Positions 1-13,560 of a DNA stretch of 64,000 nucleotides are shown one piece after another; position 1 is the first letter of the stretch, and the number at the start of each line of letters is the position of its first letter. The stretch is from positions 59,396,001-59,460,000 of the forward strand of contig OX597826.1 in assembly GCA_951406725.2 (NCBI GenBank), written 5' to 3'. The notes beneath the pieces were generated by a model. It was not told the DNA's origin, did no database searches, and was given only the letters and a program-made list of their open reading frames with translations. This stretch comes from Octopus vulgaris (lineage: Eukaryota). The position numbers and the translations under genes are program-made.

Positions 1-2163
1 TGTGTGTGTTTGTGTGTATTCCTGTATGAATATGAAATTGTGAATCTATATTCGTTTGAGCAGGTATGTATAAATGTCCTTGCACATCAGTGCGTTTACA
101 TAAATGTCTGCATGTAAGTGTGAATGTGCATTACTGAATATGAGTCTGTACTTTTATATATGTGTATGTGTGTGTGTGTGTGTGTATGTGTGTGTGTGTG
201 TGTGAGAGTGTGTGTGTGCATATATTTCCGTGTGTCTGATTGTGTATTTATATACGTATGTCTGTTCTACGCAGTTTTCTCAACGATAAATTAGCTTGGC
301 ATTTCCCGACATCCCTTGCGGGCACCGGAATCCCGGATCAGTTCATTGTAAACGACACCATAGACAGCAAGACCAGATTAAATAAGACAAGTCTAGACGC
401 AGCCTAAAGTACACACAAACACACACACACACACAAACACGCGCACACACACAAACACACTCACACACACAAACGCACACTCAAACAAACGCACACATGC
501 ACATACGCACAAACACTGATGCATACACAGCATACAAAGACAGACTCATCCGTGTACTCTGAGCATCTGCTCCTCCTCGCGGTTCTCCGCACCTCTCCAA
601 TATTCTGTCCTCGCCTCTCCTCAAACTGGAGTTATATATATATATATATATATATAAATGTATTGGTGCAACTTAATGTGAGGGAGTGTGTTTATATGAC
701 TGTCAGTCTGTGGGCGTGCGCGTGTGTGTATGCGTGTGCGCGTTTGTCTGTGTGTTTGAGTGTGTGTTTTAGTTTCAACGATGAAATAAGCCGATAAGAG
801 ATGGGTGAACAGAACGCCATCTTTTAATTGTAAAGACGAGCTATTGTGACAGTTGTTATTACAATTGTTAAACCTGCCAGTTGTGATTCGTGTAATTGTT
901 ATTGTTGATGTTGTTCTGCAATCCATGATGTGGTGGACCTTTTGCACTTAGGGCATCGGCAGAACACATGATATGGCGACTCCAGATCTAACTTGTCTAA
1001 CACCTTGTGGAATACAAGAATGTCTATTCAATCATACTGTGGCTTTATTGAGTACTATAGATAATTTGGCGTATTCTTCACTTACCCCCGTTGTTTTGCT
1101 CATGATATCGATGTTACTGTTGTTTCTAAGTACCTAGGTCACATTTGTTTTACTAAGTAGACACTTATGTTCAAATTTAATCCAAGCATGTCAATCCTGT
1201 CGATCTACTTATTGCGTATTTAAAACGATTTAAATCAAACTGACAATCGGTATTTTCAAAAATGGTGCAATTTAGCTGCTATGCCTAACAGGGTGGTACT
1301 AGCTCATCTGCCACCCGATTCTCTAAGGATACTGTATGTCTTGCGCTTGAAATGGTACTCTGTTAACGAACCACGAAAAGACGAAAGTCAAATTTTTCAC
1401 GTAGAACATTCGAACTTAGAATGTTGGAAACAAACAGAATCACTGCAAAATATTTCGTTAGAAATTCCTGAGATTCTGCCAATCAGCTGTCTGCTGCTGT
1501 TATTGTTTATCCTCAGGGGAAGTTTGACAAATCAGACTTATCATCAAAGTAATCATGGCAAAACTACATGACCCACAAACAATATATATCAATCTTATCA
1601 AATATGTGATACTATTTTTTAAATGGCTGTCTTTGAGGAAGTACGTTGCAGCTCTTTCGAAGATAACCTTATCGGAAACCATCCTGATTCTGATATTGGT
1701 GACATTCAAAGCTTCATGTTTTTTCTTGATTGTGTTCTGGAGCATTGGTGATACTTTTGAATGTGTAACGAAGAGCGAAAGTCTGCGTCATTGTCAAAGT
1801 ATTTTTAAACAGTTACCGAAAGAGTGCTCGAAACCTCCAGATCATATTTGATATACTAACGTGTTAGACGGAAATGCCTTGTGGTATTTACTCAAATTTT
1901 GCGCATTCTAATTTCAAATATCCTCCGAGGTCAATTTTAGCTTTTCTCCTTTGCGAGTTGATAAACAGAGTACGAGTCCAGAGCTCAAAACTTTAAGTAT
2001 TGTTAGAGAGTCGGGAACTTTTCGCTGCAATACCTTTTACAGTCATTTGTTTTCAAATATGTATTTCATACATATATTGTCTGTGCGCCTCTGTGTGTCT
2101 GTGTGTGTGTCTGTGTGTATGTGTATGTATGTATGTATGTATGTATGTATGTATGTATGTATG

Positions 2164-2194
<31 letters not shown>

Positions 2195-3056
2195 GCATGT
2201 ATGTATGAATCTCCTATATTTTATCTTTTATTTGTTTCAGTAATTAAACCCTAACCATATTGCGGCAACGCCTAGAATAAAGTTTTAGTGGAATGAATCG
2301 CTGCCGCCATTCTTTTTAAAACCTGGTACTTAATCTCGTTTTGATGAACCACTACGTTACGTGCCTTTAAGTTAACAGTTCATCGAAAGAGATCGACAAA
2401 TTAGTGGCAGGCTGAAAATAAAGATATGTACTGGGGTCCACTCGTCGACCAAAATTCTTAAATGTGACCCCCAAGCATGCCCGCAGTCTAATGTCTGTAA
2501 CAAATAAAAAGAAAAAGAAACGAAATTATCAATTTTCCTGGGTGGGATTAACTGCAGCATGTCATATTCTGGCATATTTCCTCATATTTTATGTTGTAAT
2601 TTTCGTTTACATTTTGTTTTAATTATCCACCTCCTCATAATTTTCCTTTTACTAATCGTAATGCATCGTTATAGTAACTACAAACATTATCAGCGTACTC
2701 ATCTTAATTATTCCGTATGCCAATTTTGACTGACAGTTTTGACTCTCACATTCCGCCATATTTCCTGTACTTTTAAACGGTAAATAAATTTAGAAACCTC
2801 ACCAAGAAGGACCTACGCACATAAACAGGCATACACATGCTTATATATATACATATATACACACATCCAAACATACGTTCGTACATGAAAGCCCACATGC
2901 GTACATTAATAAATATACATACCTACATACATTCATCTATCTATCTATCTATCTATCTATTTATCTATCTATCATCTATCTATCTATATATCTATCTATC
3001 TATCTATCTATATATATATATATATATATATACATATATATATAAGTATATATATG

Positions 3057-3103
<47 letters not shown>

Positions 3104-3385
3104 CACACATACGTATATGCATATATACACAGATAAACATGTATATACACACTGTACAAACATGCATACACACACATATATTGGGCAATATATTTATATA
3201 CAATAAAGTATTGAACATTTAGAACGAAACGTGGTAAAAATGTATGATTTTCATTAGAGATATTTACATATTGCAATTAAATTTGCATTGAATAAACGAA
3301 AATTTCTTAGTTTCTTTTTTCAGAGTTTATATCGAGAGCTTTTTCGCAGAAAATGCACTTTAAATATTCGTTAAGTGAGTGAGAG

Positions 3386-3439
<54 letters not shown>

Positions 3440-3631
3440 ATAGATATAGTTGGGTACATAAATATATTGAGGGTTAAGCAAATGATTCTATAAATAGCTA
3501 AATAGACAAATAAATAGAAAGCCAGGAAAATAGGAAGGATAAAAAGAAAAGCGACCATTTTGATTTTTGTTTTGATGAGTTCGTAATCGAAAGAAAGCAC
3601 TATTAATGGGATTAACCAGAATCCTGACTGC

Positions 3632-3758
<127 letters not shown>

Positions 3759-3834
3759 GGGGAAGTAGTTTCTATTTTGTTTTTGTATCATATTTCTAAT
3801 ATATATATATATACATATATACACACACGCACAC

Positions 3835-3865
<31 letters not shown>

Positions 3866-4229
3866 GACAGATAGATACATACGTACATACATACATGCAT
3901 GCATACATACATACATGCATATGTGTGTGTGTGTGTGAGTGAGAAAGAGAGAGAGAGAGATGTGTGTGAGTATTTGTGTGTGTATGTATGCATGTATTCA
4001 TGTATATGAATATTTATCTGTAGGATAATTTTCACCGTTTAGCTTTCAGTCCCTATTACTAATCACATTAAACTCCTATCATTGGCTTATCACTCAGGTA
4101 TACTAAACGTCCGAAAGGTTATTCCAAGTTACACTGTTGAAACGAATCTGAGCACTGCAATTATGTGATATCCTGTGATATCGAATACCGAAGCATATGA
4201 AACCTATGTTAGTTTTTGCTCATTATGTA

Positions 4230-4530
4230 TCTTTTATCTTTTCTGTTGTGAACACTAGATAGTGGCTATGCTGGGGCATTGTCTGTAAAAAAGTTTAGTC
4301 GCAATTGCCTTTTAATTTTATAGACTGGTAATTTCTCTGTCGTTCTCTTTTGTCGAGCCGTCGTTAGGTTACCAACAGTTGCTAAGAAGGGTGTTGGGGG
4401 AGGAAGATACACACACACACACATCTCTCTCTATCTTTCTCTCTCTCTCTATCTTTCTCTCTATATATATTTTTCTCTCTATCTGCCTGTCTGTCAGTCA
4501 GTCTGACTCTCTCTCCGTCTCTCAGTGTGC

Positions 4531-4597
<67 letters not shown>

Positions 4598-4835
4598 CCT
4601 ACCTACCTACCTACCTACCTACCTACCTACCTACCTATCTATCTATCTATCTATCTATCTATCTCGTTATTTATCTATCTATCTTTACAACGGGCTTCTT
4701 TCAGACTCCGTCAACAAACTCCATTTGCAAAGCTTCGTTTGGCTCGTGGCTGTATTAGAAGACACTAACCTGCAAGGGAACTGAATCAGGCACCATGTAG
4801 CTGCAAAGTAACCTTCTTAGCCAAACAACCACAGG
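4230..4835 (-). mobile_element. tRNA-derived SINE family A, degenerate, expanded internal microsatellite
   Basis: acgggcttctttcag...ccgtc core and 3' segment match the other copies in reverse. Confidence 0.6.
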
Positions 4836-5521
4836 GAAAGATCGAGAGGAAGAAAGGGACAGAGAAAGTGAAAAAAAGACAGATACATAATCTCTTAGAA
4901 CTTCAGAATTAAGCTTTCCCATTTTGTGAGGGTCAAAAGACACCCACCTTTTTCTAGCATAGTTGATCTTGGCTGGTTCTCTCTGACCCTGTCAAAATGC
5001 TCTACATGTTTCTTATGTCCGCCGTTCGTTCAAAACGGAGACTGTTTGAAAGCTAGCTGATAATTTAATCTCAGTGGAAATTAAGGAAGTATGCTTTACA
5101 CAAGAAGCTGAGTCAAAAATAATAAACAAACAGAATATATTTGTTATATTCAGAAACTGCGAATGAATATTTACTTGACATTCTGATGTTCATTATTTGA
5201 CATATGATATGTATATCTACATATCACATATGTATGTACGTATGTATGTATGTATGTATGTATGTATGTATGTATGTATGTATGTATGTATGTATGTATG
5301 TATGTATGTATGTATGTATAAATATATAAGTAAAAATGCTAGTTCTAAAATCTATCGAAGAGATCAAGGCTGTAGTTTTACTAAAATTGCTCGTAGCTAC
5401 TTCAAAATGAATGTCTGTTCGAACGGATTTTTACTGCGATAGTTTAACCTCAAGAAGACATCGCCTCTCGCTGGCTAACGATGCACAACTGCATCTGTGA
5501 TATTGCAAGTAGGGGAGCGAA

Positions 5522-5571
5522 CCAGCAGACCAGTCTGGTTTCGGGCTATGTCTGCTCCTTTTCAGTACTGG
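5522..5571 (-). ncRNA. Type-I hammerhead ribozyme-like motif, core G8>A
   Basis: Minus strand reads ccagta-CTGAAAA-ggagc agacata gccc-GAAA-ccag a ctgg-TC-tgctgg. Stems I (ccagta/tgctgg), II and III all pair, with a GUC cleavage triplet; the core differs from CUGANGA at one base. Confidence 0.6.
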
Positions 5572-6087
5572 AGGCCTCGTCTGCTAGACATAGCAGCAAC
5601 TCGATTCTGCTCGCTTGAAATTATATATAATTTCAAGGACATATGATATATCCTCAAAGCCCGGGGTAGGAGCGTTGAGTGAAAGCCTCAGGTATGTTAT
5701 ACAATTCTGCATGAGTCATTTCATCACATGAAATTATTAGTGGCTCATAAAAATACGTACTGTCTTTATTAAGTTTTACACACACACACACACACACACA
5801 TTTATATCTGTGTGTGTGCGTGCGCTTGTGTATTGTGAAACAAAACTGTCACCACTACTACATGAACGTGAAGATTGAATATTTTAATGCATGAAAGTAC
5901 TATTTCAATAAGAATGAACGTTTAATATTCTATCATTTCATTATATTATATTATCCTAAAATATATCATTATAAGATTGTAAATAAAACATGAGAATCGG
6001 ACAATGTTGGAATTTGTTTCAGTAATATATTCCTCTATACACAATCATAGGTACCCACGTATATATATACATACATACATACATACA

Positions 6088-6123
<36 letters not shown>

Positions 6124-6133
6124 TATATATACC

Positions 6134-6175
<42 letters not shown>

Positions 6176-6181
<6 letters not shown>

Positions 6182-6350
6182 AATATTCTATAATTATAAA
6201 AATAATTATAATATTTTATAATTATAAGAATAATTATAGAATATTTGTATAATGTTACCCAAAAAGTTAATTTTAACGTACCGAACTACTTGGTAAAATT
6301 TTCAATTAATAATTATTTAATTGATTAATTAATTAATTTTACCCTTTAAT
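6176..6350 (+). mobile_element. Truncated 3' end of the (TA)n-targeting element family, with terminal inversion
   Basis: Lies between two (TA)n tracts. Ends ...ctacttggtaaaatttt...ttttaccctttaattatata, resembling the ends of the 11303-11846 and 16584-17186 elements. 22-bp inverted repeat at 6176-6197/6230-6251. Confidence 0.45.
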
Positions 6351-6476
<126 letters not shown>

Positions 6477-6606
6477 TATATATATATATATATATATATA
6501 GATAGATAGATAGATAGAAAGATATATAGATTAATAGATACATACAAACGCATATACAGACATGCATGCATGTGCGCGCGCACACACACTCACATACACA
6601 CATACA

Positions 6607-7020
6607 CACGGTGTTTCAAAATGCTGTGTCACATTACGATACTGTATATCTTAAATACTATTCAGGACATCAAAATACAAGCTGTATTTTCTGAAAGCTA
6701 ATATTTTAAAGCTTCTATACAGGTTTTTACAGCTGTTCAATGGTGAGGGCTGTGGTTTGCATACTACACATCCCAATGATAATCCAATTCTTGCCAAACG
6801 CGTAGAAGCATAGTGTTTGTCATCGATGGTTGCTAAGGCTTCAGTTATTTGAGTTTCCAGATCATCCATGTCTCCGGGAAGAAGAAGTAAGTGTACGAGC
6901 CCCAGAGGAAGAAGTCACATTCCGTGAGATCTGGAGGCCTAGGTGGCCATTGCAGGAACATGCGATCAGTCTGTCCATAAAGTCCGACCCATCTGTCAGG
7001 CAGGGAGGTAGTCAGATACT
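6607..7020 (-). mobile_element. Tc1/mariner-superfamily transposase remnant (C-terminal part)
   Basis: Translation DRWVG...QWPPRPPDLTECDFFLWG...DDLETQITEALATID matches the WPPRSPDLTPCDFFLWG motif; frameshifted. Confidence 0.85.
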
Positions 7021-7928
7021 GTCTGCCTGTGTGTGTGTGCTTGTGTGTGTGTGTGTTTCTGTGTGTGTTTGTGTGTGTGAATGTGTGTTTGTATATGTCT
7101 ATGTGTATGTACATAATGTTATTGGTGATTAGAAAGAGGGATATAGAATGACGCTGCTGGTGATAGAAGAAAATAGATTCTAATAACGATTGCGGCTTAA
7201 CAAACAGTGAATATAAATTTGCGTTGTTAGTAATAATTTACTAATATTGCTAATACACTTCCAAGCATACATTTGCAAAAATTTCTGGTATGTTTACAAT
7301 TTTGTTTCTACGACAGAGCATGACATCCATTAACTTTTTAGCTAATACAGTATAACAGAGCGAATGTAAACAACATGTCTAACTATAAAATATTTTTATG
7401 GAGAAATCGAGAAACAACTGAACATGTGATGCTTCAGTGTTTGTGCTGGGTTTTCATCATAGAGTGTGCGCCATATTTATTTGTTCACGAATAAATTTTT
7501 TGCTATAATCTTCAAAATGTTTTTTAAAAAATTATCTGTAAGGTTAAGGTTTTCTTTGAAAATATACTTTATGACCTGATAAATACATACTGTTTTCTCG
7601 ATCTGCAGAACTGATGAGATGTACCTGATGCCCTCGTACACATTTATACGCACACACACACATATATATATATATATACACAGATATATGTGTACGTGAG
7701 TGTTTTTATATGTGTGTGTGTATGTATATATGTGTGTGAGTGTGTGTGTGTGCGCGTGCGCGTATATATATATATATATATATAAATAGATGAGTGTATT
7801 TTTACCTTGTTAACAAGTAACACGGAAAAAATAAATAAATAGTTACCAGGGCAGCAAAAATCTCACAAGTAAAGGTTTTGTAACTCCTTGTTTATAAAGG
7901 TAGAAACTTCGTGTTTACGTTGAATATT

Positions 7929-7975
<47 letters not shown>

Positions 7976-8077
7976 TACACTCCCTCCGCAAACACACATA
8001 CACATATGTATGAATAATTACATGTATACATATGGATAGAGAGAAGATGGATACATAAATAGATTGATAGATAAATT

Positions 8078-8154
<77 letters not shown>

Positions 8155-8180
8155 ATTGATAGATAGATAGATAGACAGAC

Positions 8181-8256
<76 letters not shown>

Positions 8257-8765
8257 TGATAGATAGATTGATTGATGGATAGGTAGATGGGTAGATAGGT
8301 CATTACATATGTATATAGAAAGTTTTATGATTGTGAGGGCAGTCATTTGAGGTTCATCGTTTATTGTTCATGACATGTTGTTTCTAACACATGGCTGGAG
8401 GGACCAGCAGTATTACAGGGATACCGTGATACCAATCTACGAATCGTCTTTATACTGACAAATGTAATTGTAATACTCAAACATATGTATACGGGTTCAC
8501 ACAATATGTGTTGGTAACAAAAGCCGGTAGGAATGCGGATAAGAGTAGGAAAAATTGTGAGAACGTTAGATACACCGAAACAGGGCTGTATGTCTGTATG
8601 CGTGTGTGTCTGTGTGTGTATGTGTTTATGTGTATATGTGTGAAAGAGGGAACAAGTGACCGTGCGCGTGTATTTTCCAGTTTGTGTGTATCTAAGAGTG
8701 TACTCTTTCCTATATATACATATATACACGCAATGTATGTGTATATATATATATATATATATATA

Positions 8766-9586
8766 CAGCGCGCGATGGGTAAATTATCGGCATTTTATAT
8801 TTTCAATTTCTCGCATGTGCACTGTTTTTTTTATTTATTTTGTCTACAACGGAGTATGGTAGGGTCAGTCGGGCGCCGTCTGTGAGAGCAAGAGGACCAT
8901 GACGCAATTAACAGAGCCAAAAATTTGGAAAGGAACATTTTAGTTTTGGGATGTCAATTTGAGTAGAGGGCAATCTGGGCACATTTACTGAGAGTGATAA
9001 AAATCAAACATCCCTGTAACACCATTGTGTTTGGAGTGATCACTAGTGATGGCCAAGTTATGCCTCCATTTATTTTTTCCCACGCGGCTTCAGACTCAAC
9101 ATGGAGGCCAACATCAAGTGCCTGGAGGAGGTAGTGCTGCCCTGTGTCAAGAGGAGTAGCAGCTGAAAGATCCTATGTCTCGCAACAGGATACTGCACCA
9201 AGCGAGAGAATACAATTTCTGGGACCATCACCCCTAACATCTGGCAACCCAACTCCCCAAACTGCAACCCCCTTGATTATTATGTGTGGAGTGCAGTTGA
9301 GCGAGAGACCGATAAAACTCTTTGTAACACCAAAGATGAACTGAAGGCAAGGATTATGGCAGCATTCAACAACTTAAATAAGTAGATCATCCAGAAGAAT
9401 TGCAGGAGATCCGGAAGTCGTCTGGAGACGGTGGTTGAACCCTATTACAATTTTATTGAATAAAGTTACTCTTTAGTATTCGAAGATATTTTTATGTGAT
9501 TTTGGTAAATGTATCTGTTAAATTGAGATATCAGTGTTATTTTCATTTTAGTGTAAGTTTGAGGACAGCTTATTCACCGCACCTTG
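8766..9586 (+). mobile_element. Decayed Tc1/mariner (maT/DD37D-like) element
   Basis: Frameshifted peptides VFGVITSDGQVMPPFIF, YVSQQDTAPS and PNSPNCNPLDYYVWSAVERET...KDELKARI. Degenerate TIRs flanked by TA. Confidence 0.85.
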
Positions 9587-9651
9587 TATATACATACGTA
9601 TATATGTACACACATACGCACATACACACACACACACATACACACACACAC

Positions 9652-9708
<57 letters not shown>

Positions 9709-9889
9709 GAATGCATCCAGCACAGGACTTCACCAAGGAGTGAAAAATACGTAAATACATATTGAGAGACAAGTACGGGACAAAATTATCGACTGCTAAC
9801 CACTCCTTATTTCGAGCTTATCAATGTGTGTGTGTGTGTACATATATACGTAGGTATATAGAAGGTGCGGTGAATAAGCTAGCCAATGT

Positions 9890-10215
9890 TAGCCGTGGAA
9901 ACGAAGGTAAAAGAAATTAATGATGCAGAAAAGCCAGGAACTGTGAACGAATGTGTAGTTCAGATCTGTTTCAGTTGTTTCAAGGAAGTTAACACAAGCC
10001 TCGAAGAAAACCAAGGTCAGGGAGACTGTCTGTTGAGAAAAATGAAGCCTTACTTGAAATAGTTGAACAACAGTCGAGACGGAACACACGAACATTTTTG
10101 GTAGAACTGACACCTCCGTAATCTATTCTTTGTGAACAGACTCTCTGGAGAAGCTCCTCAGGAAGAGAGTAATGAACAGGCTTAGCTATGTGTCAACAAT
10201 TGTAAAGAACTGCAC
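9890..10215 (+). mobile_element. Mariner transposase N-terminal HTH remnant
   Basis: INDAEKPGTVNECVVQICFSCFKEVNTSLEE...ALLEIVEQQSRRNTR resembles the mariner/SETMAR HTH region. Confidence 0.65.
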
Positions 10216-10306
10216 AGTCTTCGTGGTATGGCGATTTGACGTCTATATTCAGCCCATTAGGAGTCCACTTTGGTGGTCGTTCCTCTTAATTTTATACATA
10301 AATATA

Positions 10307-10537
10307 GGTGCAGGTGTGGCTGCGTGGCAAGAAGCTTGCTACCCAACAACATGGTACCGGATTCAATCTCACTACGTAGCACTTTGTGCAAAGTCTTCTA
10401 CTATAGCCCTCGAGCCGACCAAACCCTTGTGAGTGGATTCGGTAGACGGAAACTGAAAGAAGCACGTCGTATATATATATATATGTGTTTGTGTGTGTGT
10501 GTGTGTGTCTTTGTTCCCTCCCCCACTACCACGTGAC
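10307..10537 (+). mobile_element. SINE family A, 5' half
   Basis: tRNA-like A/B boxes, then cttctactatagcc...ggtagacggaaactgaaagaagc. Confidence 0.8.
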
Positions 10538-10969
10538 CTGAATGCCTGTTTTTGGTGTCGAATTTTAACTATGGAAGAAAGATAGATCACCTCTTCTAAT
10601 CCTAATCAGAGAACTCAGTAACTTCTTTCCGAACAGGTTTTAGAACCCCTTGTTTTATATTCTTTCACTCTACAGGTGTATAAATAACTAAGCCTATCTT
10701 TATGCCTACTATGGCAAAAAAATAAAATGTATATATACTTCAGGAAGAAAAAGTCTGTATAAATATTTGACTTGTATATGTACCTCTATAAATATAGAAA
10801 CCTCTTTCGATGTTTAATCAAACCGAGATAACACTGAATACACTGCAATAACACCGAATTTAAATATTTATATAGATTTTCCCTTTCCTGAAATGTGTAT
10901 ACATTCTTTTTGGGAAACACTCTCTGTCTGTCTCTCTCTATTTATATATATATATATAAATATATATTG

Positions 10970-11043
<74 letters not shown>

Positions 11044-11166
11044 AATTTGCTATGATGATCCGGTCTCTGACTGAAGATTAAAGGCTTCGAATGACCCGTC
11101 TGTTTTCTGTGTTCGTCCCTTTGTGTATTTCACGTTCTTGTTTCTTTATATATAATTTTTATTCCC

Positions 11167-11198
<32 letters not shown>

Positions 11199-11302
11199 GG
11201 AGAGTGAGAGAAAGAGAGAGAGATGTATGTGCATGTGTATGTGCACGTGTGAAGGTGTGTTTGTTTGTGTGAGTGTGTGTGCGGGTGTGAGTGCGGGTGT
11301 GA

Positions 11303-11846
11303 GTAATAACGGATTTTTTTAGAAATTTCTGTCGGCCGTTTTTCGAGTAGCGAGCGTATTGTGAAAAAATTATATGGTTATGGACAGTAGTTCCAATTTC
11401 GGCATATTCCGGAGCCTCAGTTTAAATCGCACGTGTCTTGAATGGGCTGGAGTATTTCTATTTTGGATGTATTTGGGGTACTTAATTGTGCTCATGACTT
11501 AGTGTTTTGCTTCTTCCATGGATATGAGTAAGTATCTCATTTATTTCTTTGCCACATTTATCACTGACGAAGGGGGGGTTCTTACGAGCTAAACCTGAAA
11601 TCGGTCCGATATGGTAATAACGGAATTTTTTAGAAATTTTTGCCGGTCTTTTTTCGAGTAGCGAGCGTATTGTGAAAAAATTATATGGTTTTGGACGATC
11701 GTTCCAATTTCGGCATATTTGGCATTAGAAATTTTTTCGTTTGCTCTAATTTATAAGTTGTTTATAATTTTAAACTTTAAAGGTATTTTTTAATATGCTG
11801 GCCATTGATGAAAATTTTTTTCGAAAAAAAAATTTATCCTACATTA
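11303..11846 (+). mobile_element. Hammerhead-containing tandem-unit element (retrozyme/Penelope-like), 311-nt period
   Basis: Direct repeat 11303-11408 vs 11614-11719 (offset 311). The hammerhead lies immediately before the second copy. The element ends in (TA)n abutting a SINE 3' half. Confidence 0.6.
11559..11611 (+). ncRNA. Minimal type-I hammerhead ribozyme
   Basis: tatca-CTGACGA-agg...cct-GAAA-tcgg-TC-cgata. Intact core, stem II agg/cct, stem I tatc/gata with one A-C mismatch, minimal near-palindromic stem III. Confidence 0.7.
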
Positions 11847-11859
11847 AATATATATATAT

Positions 11860-11999
11860 GCGGTTCGGCAAAAGTGACCGATAGAATAAGTACTGGGCTT
11901 ACAAAGAATAAGTCCCGGGGTCGATTTGCTCGACAAAAGGCGGTGCTCCAGCATGGCCGCAGTCAAATGACTGAAACAAGTAAAAAATAAAAGATAAAA
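11860..11999 (+). mobile_element. SINE family A, 3' half
   Basis: gcggttcggcaaaa...gatagaataagtact...ggcggtgctccagcatggccgcagtcaaatgactgaaacaagtaaaa. Confidence 0.8.
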
Positions 12000-12485
12000 T
12001 ATATACATACTTACACAAAAGTATGCATGTATATATGTGTTTGTGTATTTGTGTGTTTGTGTGTCTGTGCATGCATGTGGGTGTGTGCGTGCCTGTGTGT
12101 GCTTTGTTGGTGCCAGTCTATATGTATACACATATTTGTGTGCGTTCGTTGTATATGTGTAGTTCTCGGTGAATATATATAAATATGGCTTCTAGACAAC
12201 TCCGATGGCTAAATCATTGCTTATTTATTGATATTTATTTAGCATATTCTAAAGATTAATATGGAGAATCACACCTTTATTTATCCAATTCCCCAGGTCA
12301 TATAAATTTTTGGTTTGTTCGTCATACACGTCAGGATTTATATGAATTTTAATAGAGTCATCTCCCTCGCTGTCACACACACAAGTACACACAAACATGA
12401 ACATACACACATGCATGCACACACACACACACACACACTTTCTTCCTTACTCTCTCTATCTATCCGTATATGCATATATGCACAA

Positions 12486-12523
<38 letters not shown>

Positions 12524-12623
12524 ATACACAGTTCATACATATATATAAAGATACATACATATGTATATTCATATCTATATGTCTATCTATCTGTCTATCT
12601 AGCTGTCTGTCTGTCTATCTGTG

Positions 12624-12729
<106 letters not shown>

Positions 12730-13101
12730 TACGTCTGCCTCATGAGGAAACGTATGCAAAACAGTTGGTATATTCTGTATCGAAGACGAGATTTTAATGA
12801 ATCAAGGACACTCTAATATGTTTTCTTCGTCATACACCTATAACTCTTTGTTGCTAAAGTACAGGCCTGGACCCACTCGAAGATGCTTTCTACGGTCGTT
12901 TTCCTATCATTTATGCACATTATTTGGCGACTGAATCCTTATTATATATACATATATACATACATATATATATAAAATTGGCGTTTTGGTGAAATTTTTC
13001 TTGTGAGCAAAGTCTTCGTGGTATGGCGATTTGACGTCTATATTTAGCACATTAGGAGTCCACTTTGGTGGTCGTTCCTCTTAATTTTGTACATAAATAT
13101 A

Positions 13102-13263
13102 GGCGTAGGCGTGGCTGCGTGGTAAGAAGCTTGCTACCCAACAACATGGTACCGGATTCAATCTCGCTACGTGGCACTTTGTGCAAAGTCTTCTACTATA
13201 GCCCTCGAGCCGACCAAACCCTTGTGAGTGGATTCGGTAGAGGGAAACTGAAAGAAGCCCGTC

Positions 13264-13307
<44 letters not shown>

Positions 13308-13516
13308 TTGTATGTGTGTCTTTGCCCCCCCTCCACTACTACGTGACAGCCGATGTTGGTTTGTTTATGTCCCTGTGTCTTAATAGTTAGGCAAAAGAGA
13401 CCGATAGAATAAGTACCAAGCTTACAAAGTATAAGTCCTGGGGCGATTTCTTCGACTAAAAGGAGATGCTCCGGCATGGCCGAAGTCAAATGACTGAAGC
13501 AAATAACAGAATAAAA

Positions 13517-13519
<3 letters not shown>
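13102..13519 (+). mobile_element. SINE family A, full length
   Basis: Both halves present with internal (TA)n(TG)n. Confidence 0.85.

Positions 13520-13560
<41 letters not shown>

Noticed and set aside
270-405. GC-rich segment with a tttAG acceptor on the minus strand
   Set aside because: No real pyrimidine tract, no donor and no open frame; too weak to call an exon.
11071-11097. CTGAAGA...CGAA motif in a (TA)n insert
   Set aside because: Lacks GAAA and convincing stems.
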